DNA of 64,000 nucleotides, taken from the NCBI GenBank assembly GCA_963835065.1, contig CAWIEK010000050.1, forward strand, positions 32,001 through 96,000, read 5' to 3'. The position numbers and the translations under genes were made by a program. The notes under the pieces are model-generated. The model made no database searches and had not been told where the DNA came from. It saw only the letters and a list, made by a program, of their open reading frames with translations. How positions within the stretch are numbered: the stretch's first letter is position 1; each line of letters opens with the position of its first letter. The DNA is from an uncultured Chthonomonadaceae bacterium (GTDB taxonomy: Bacteria > Armatimonadota > Chthonomonadetes > Chthonomonadales > Chthonomonadaceae). Positions 61,757 to 64,000 of the stretch are shown here, in pieces.

Positions 61757-62974
61757 GTGAAAATCACCGGCTACCGTACATTCGTCGTATCCACGCCCTG
61801 GCGCAATTTGACGTACCTGATTCTGGAAACGGAGGATGGGCTGACGGGCGTGGGGGAAGCGCGTATTTTGGGCAAGACCCATACCGTGCTGGAATATCTG
61901 AAGGACGCAAGGCGGCATTTCATCGGGCATGACGTGTACGACATTGAAGCCCTGTACCGCCGCTTTACCCTGCTGGATTTCGGCTCACCCGGGGAAGTGG
62001 TCATGTCCGCGCTGGCTCTGGTGGAAATGGCAAGTTGGGACATCATCGGCAAGAAGGCCAATCTGCCCGTGTATAAACTCATCGGCGGCAGGGTGCATGA
62101 CCGCATCCCCGCGTATGCGAACGGCTGGTACAAGGGCGAGCGAACCCCGGAAGCGTTTGCCGAAGCCGCGCAGAAAGTCGTCGAGCGGGGTTATTTGGGC
62201 TTGAAGTTCGATCCGTTCGGCAACGGCAATCTGGAACTGTCGCGCAAGGAGTTCCACAAGTCCATTGAACTCATCGAAGCGGTTCATTCCGTAACGGGCG
62301 ACCATGTGCAGATATTTGTCGAAATGCACGGACGGTTCGCGCCGCATCAGGCCGTCGAGATTGCCCGCGCCATCGAACACCTTAACCCCGGCTGGATCGA
62401 GGAACCGTGCCGCCCGGAAGACGTGCCCGCCCTGCGCTACGTGATGGAGCATACGAGCATCCCGATTGCCACCGGGGAACGTCTGTACCACGCGCAGCAG
62501 TACCGCGACCTCTTGGGAAACCGCCTCGCGCACATCATACAGCCGGACTTGAACCAGTGCGGCGGATTACTGGAAACCAAGAAAATCTGCTCCACTGCCG
62601 AATCGTATTCCATCATGGCCGCGCCGCATAACGTCGGCGGCGTGATTACCACTGTCGCCACGCTGCACATGCTGTTCGGCCTGCGCAACGCCAAAATCCT
62701 GGAACACTTCAACGACTTCGCGGATTCGCAGATCAAGCAGGTGGCAAGCCCCTACCCGGAAGTCATTGCCGGCCACTTTGAACTGCCGCAGGGGCCGGGC
62801 TGGGGCGTCACGCTCAACGAGGAGTATCTGAACAGTTGTGAGCCGCGCAAGGAAGACGGCATCATCTGTGATCCCGGCCTGAACATGTTCGAGCGCGCCG
62901 AATGGAACCGCCGCGACACCCTTCTCGCCCTGGAACGCGAAGCGCGGCTTGAAGATGTGCCATCCAACCTGTGA
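61757..62974 (+). CDS. Mandelate racemase/galactonate dehydratase-like enolase superfamily enzyme
   Basis: YANGWY, KFDPF, EMHGR, WIEEP, ATGER, QPD, APHN. Confidence 0.9.
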   Translation: MKITGYRTFVVSTPWRNLTYLILETEDGLTGVGEARILGKTHTVLEYLKDARRHFIGHDVYDIEALYRRFTLLDFGSPGEVVMSALALVEMASWDIIGKKANLPVYKLIGGRVHDRIPAYANGWYKGERTPEAFAEAAQKVVERGYLGLKFDPFGNGNLELSRKEFHKSIELIEAVHSVTGDHVQIFVEMHGRFAPHQAVEIARAIEHLNPGWIEEPCRPEDVPALRYVMEHTSIPIATGERLYHAQQYRDLLGNRLAHIIQPDLNQCGGLLETKKICSTAESYSIMAAPHNVGGVITTVATLHMLFGLRNAKILEHFNDFADSQIKQVASPYPEVIAGHFELPQGPGWGVTLNEEYLNSCEPRKEDGIICDPGLNMFERAEWNRRDTLLALEREARLEDVPSNL

Positions 62975-63886
62975 CGAACAGCCCGTTTGCGCGTATTTCC
63001 GGCAGAACTGACCGCGCACCGAGAAGCAAAAGTACCATGCTGCGTCCTCCCGCCAATCCGCCCTACCAATCGAAAGCCGAAGAGCTTATTGAGGCTCTTC
63101 GGCGGCGAAAGGACGACTGGCCCGCCGAACCGGGCCTTCAAAACATCGGCCCGCGCACAACAGACGAGCTGCTGGACATCATTCGTTACGAGAAAAGCAG
63201 AGCAGGTCAGGAACTATGCGTCGTATTGCTGCTCTTTATGTTGCTGCCTATGATTCTGCGGGTGTATTGCGCTCTATCATCACAATCCGGCTCCTGTTGT
63301 TCCTCTGGTGTGCTTATGCCTCTGATGATAGTCAAGCCAAACGTCAGGCTGCGTTATGCCGTATACGCGCTGTCACAAACCAACGATCTGCGCGTCCTCC
63401 AAACTCTGATTTTGGCAACGCGCTCTTCCTGGGGCTGCCATCCGCAAGTGATAGCCGCGATTGAGCGCTTGCTGAAACAGGTGACAACCGAACATGCCGG
63501 ACTGCTGAACAGCGATGCCCAATACAGACTGAGGGCATTGGCTCTTCCTCCACTCGACCATATATCCTACTATAACGAACCTCTGGCGATGCGAACCTTA
63601 CACGCCTGACCGCTATCGGCAATCGTGATACGCTCATCTGGATACAGGAACTTACGTGCCAACTGGCGAAGCGAACGCGCATAGACGTATTATCGCAGTC
63701 GCGCAGGAACTTCTTCCCCTCATGGAAACGCGCTTGAAACAACAGGAGGTTCCCGATACCCTGCTGCGCGCGGCAGATACGCCTGCATCTCAACTCGAAA
63801 CCCTGCTGCGCCCCGCTCTCGTCGTTACGCCCGTACCGCCGGAACAACTGCTGCGCGCGAGTACGGGGGAGGAACGGGAGGCGTAA
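62971..63886 (+). CDS. Hypothetical membrane/helical-repeat protein, frameshifted near 63590-63660
   Basis: ORFs 62971-63609 and 63656-63886. TM segment and C-terminal TLLRA..P..LLRP..QLLRAS. Confidence 0.5.
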
Positions 63887-63892
63887 GTTTCT

Positions 63893-63938
63893 ACCCTCAT
63901 CCGACCTCCGGCCACCTTCTCCCTGCAAGGGAGAAGGC
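63893..63938. repeat. REP-like palindrome
   Basis: CCCTCATCCGACCTCCGGCCACCTTCTCCCT-GCA-AGGGAGAAGG. Confidence 0.6.
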
Positions 63939-64000
63939 TAATTGTAAGCGTTGCGCATCGTATGAAGCTATCACGCGGCGCACCCATTGAACACATTGGC

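Noticed and set aside
354..63886. Widespread pseudogenisation or programmed frameshifting
   Set aside because: Single-base indels hit many unrelated, otherwise intact genes without in-frame nonsense decay. Sequencing or consensus error is the simpler explanation.
474..63928. Long antisense ORFs (e.g. 474-1781, 23006-24052, 25616-26725, 58019-59083)
   Set aside because: Shadow frames of GC-rich genes with no recognisable motifs.
1..64000. tRNA, rRNA, integrase, transposase or prophage genes
   Set aside because: None recognised; the GGTTCGA at 60546 is not within a cloverleaf.

Overview
Bacterial chromosomal window of moderately high GC. The lineage is a guess (Armatimonadota-like, from PEP-CTERM, DUF1592/DUF1552 and dense heptamer-repeat palindromes). 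Many genes carry single-base frameshifts, which suggests an unpolished long-read assembly. The main result is a minus-strand retron locus at about 20482-28513. It has a retron-type reverse transcriptase (NAxxH, YADD, VTG), a SWIM zinc-finger/BRCT protein and a ~1150-aa LVIVD-repeat/helical-repeat protein. Upstream lies a tandem ARRAY OF THREE complete msr-msd-like ncRNA units of ~220 nt each. Each unit has its own a1/a2 inverted repeat ending next to a candidate branching G, a conserved msr-like region, and a long msd-like hairpin with a different stem sequence in each copy. Toxin-antitoxin modules and a cyclase-like gene follow the RT on the same strand. The rest of the window holds a DUF1592/DUF1552 cluster split by a TA-like cassette, an arsenic-resistance operon, a Rieske oxygenase, ankyrin proteins, an amidase, a GGDEF/EAL protein, an AAA+PIN pair, a CgeB glycosyltransferase operon, a large repetitive PEP-CTERM protein, rhomboid, LarA, YfhO, an acyl-CoA ligase and an enolase-family dehydratase. 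Domain calls come from recognising motifs by eye, not from database searches.
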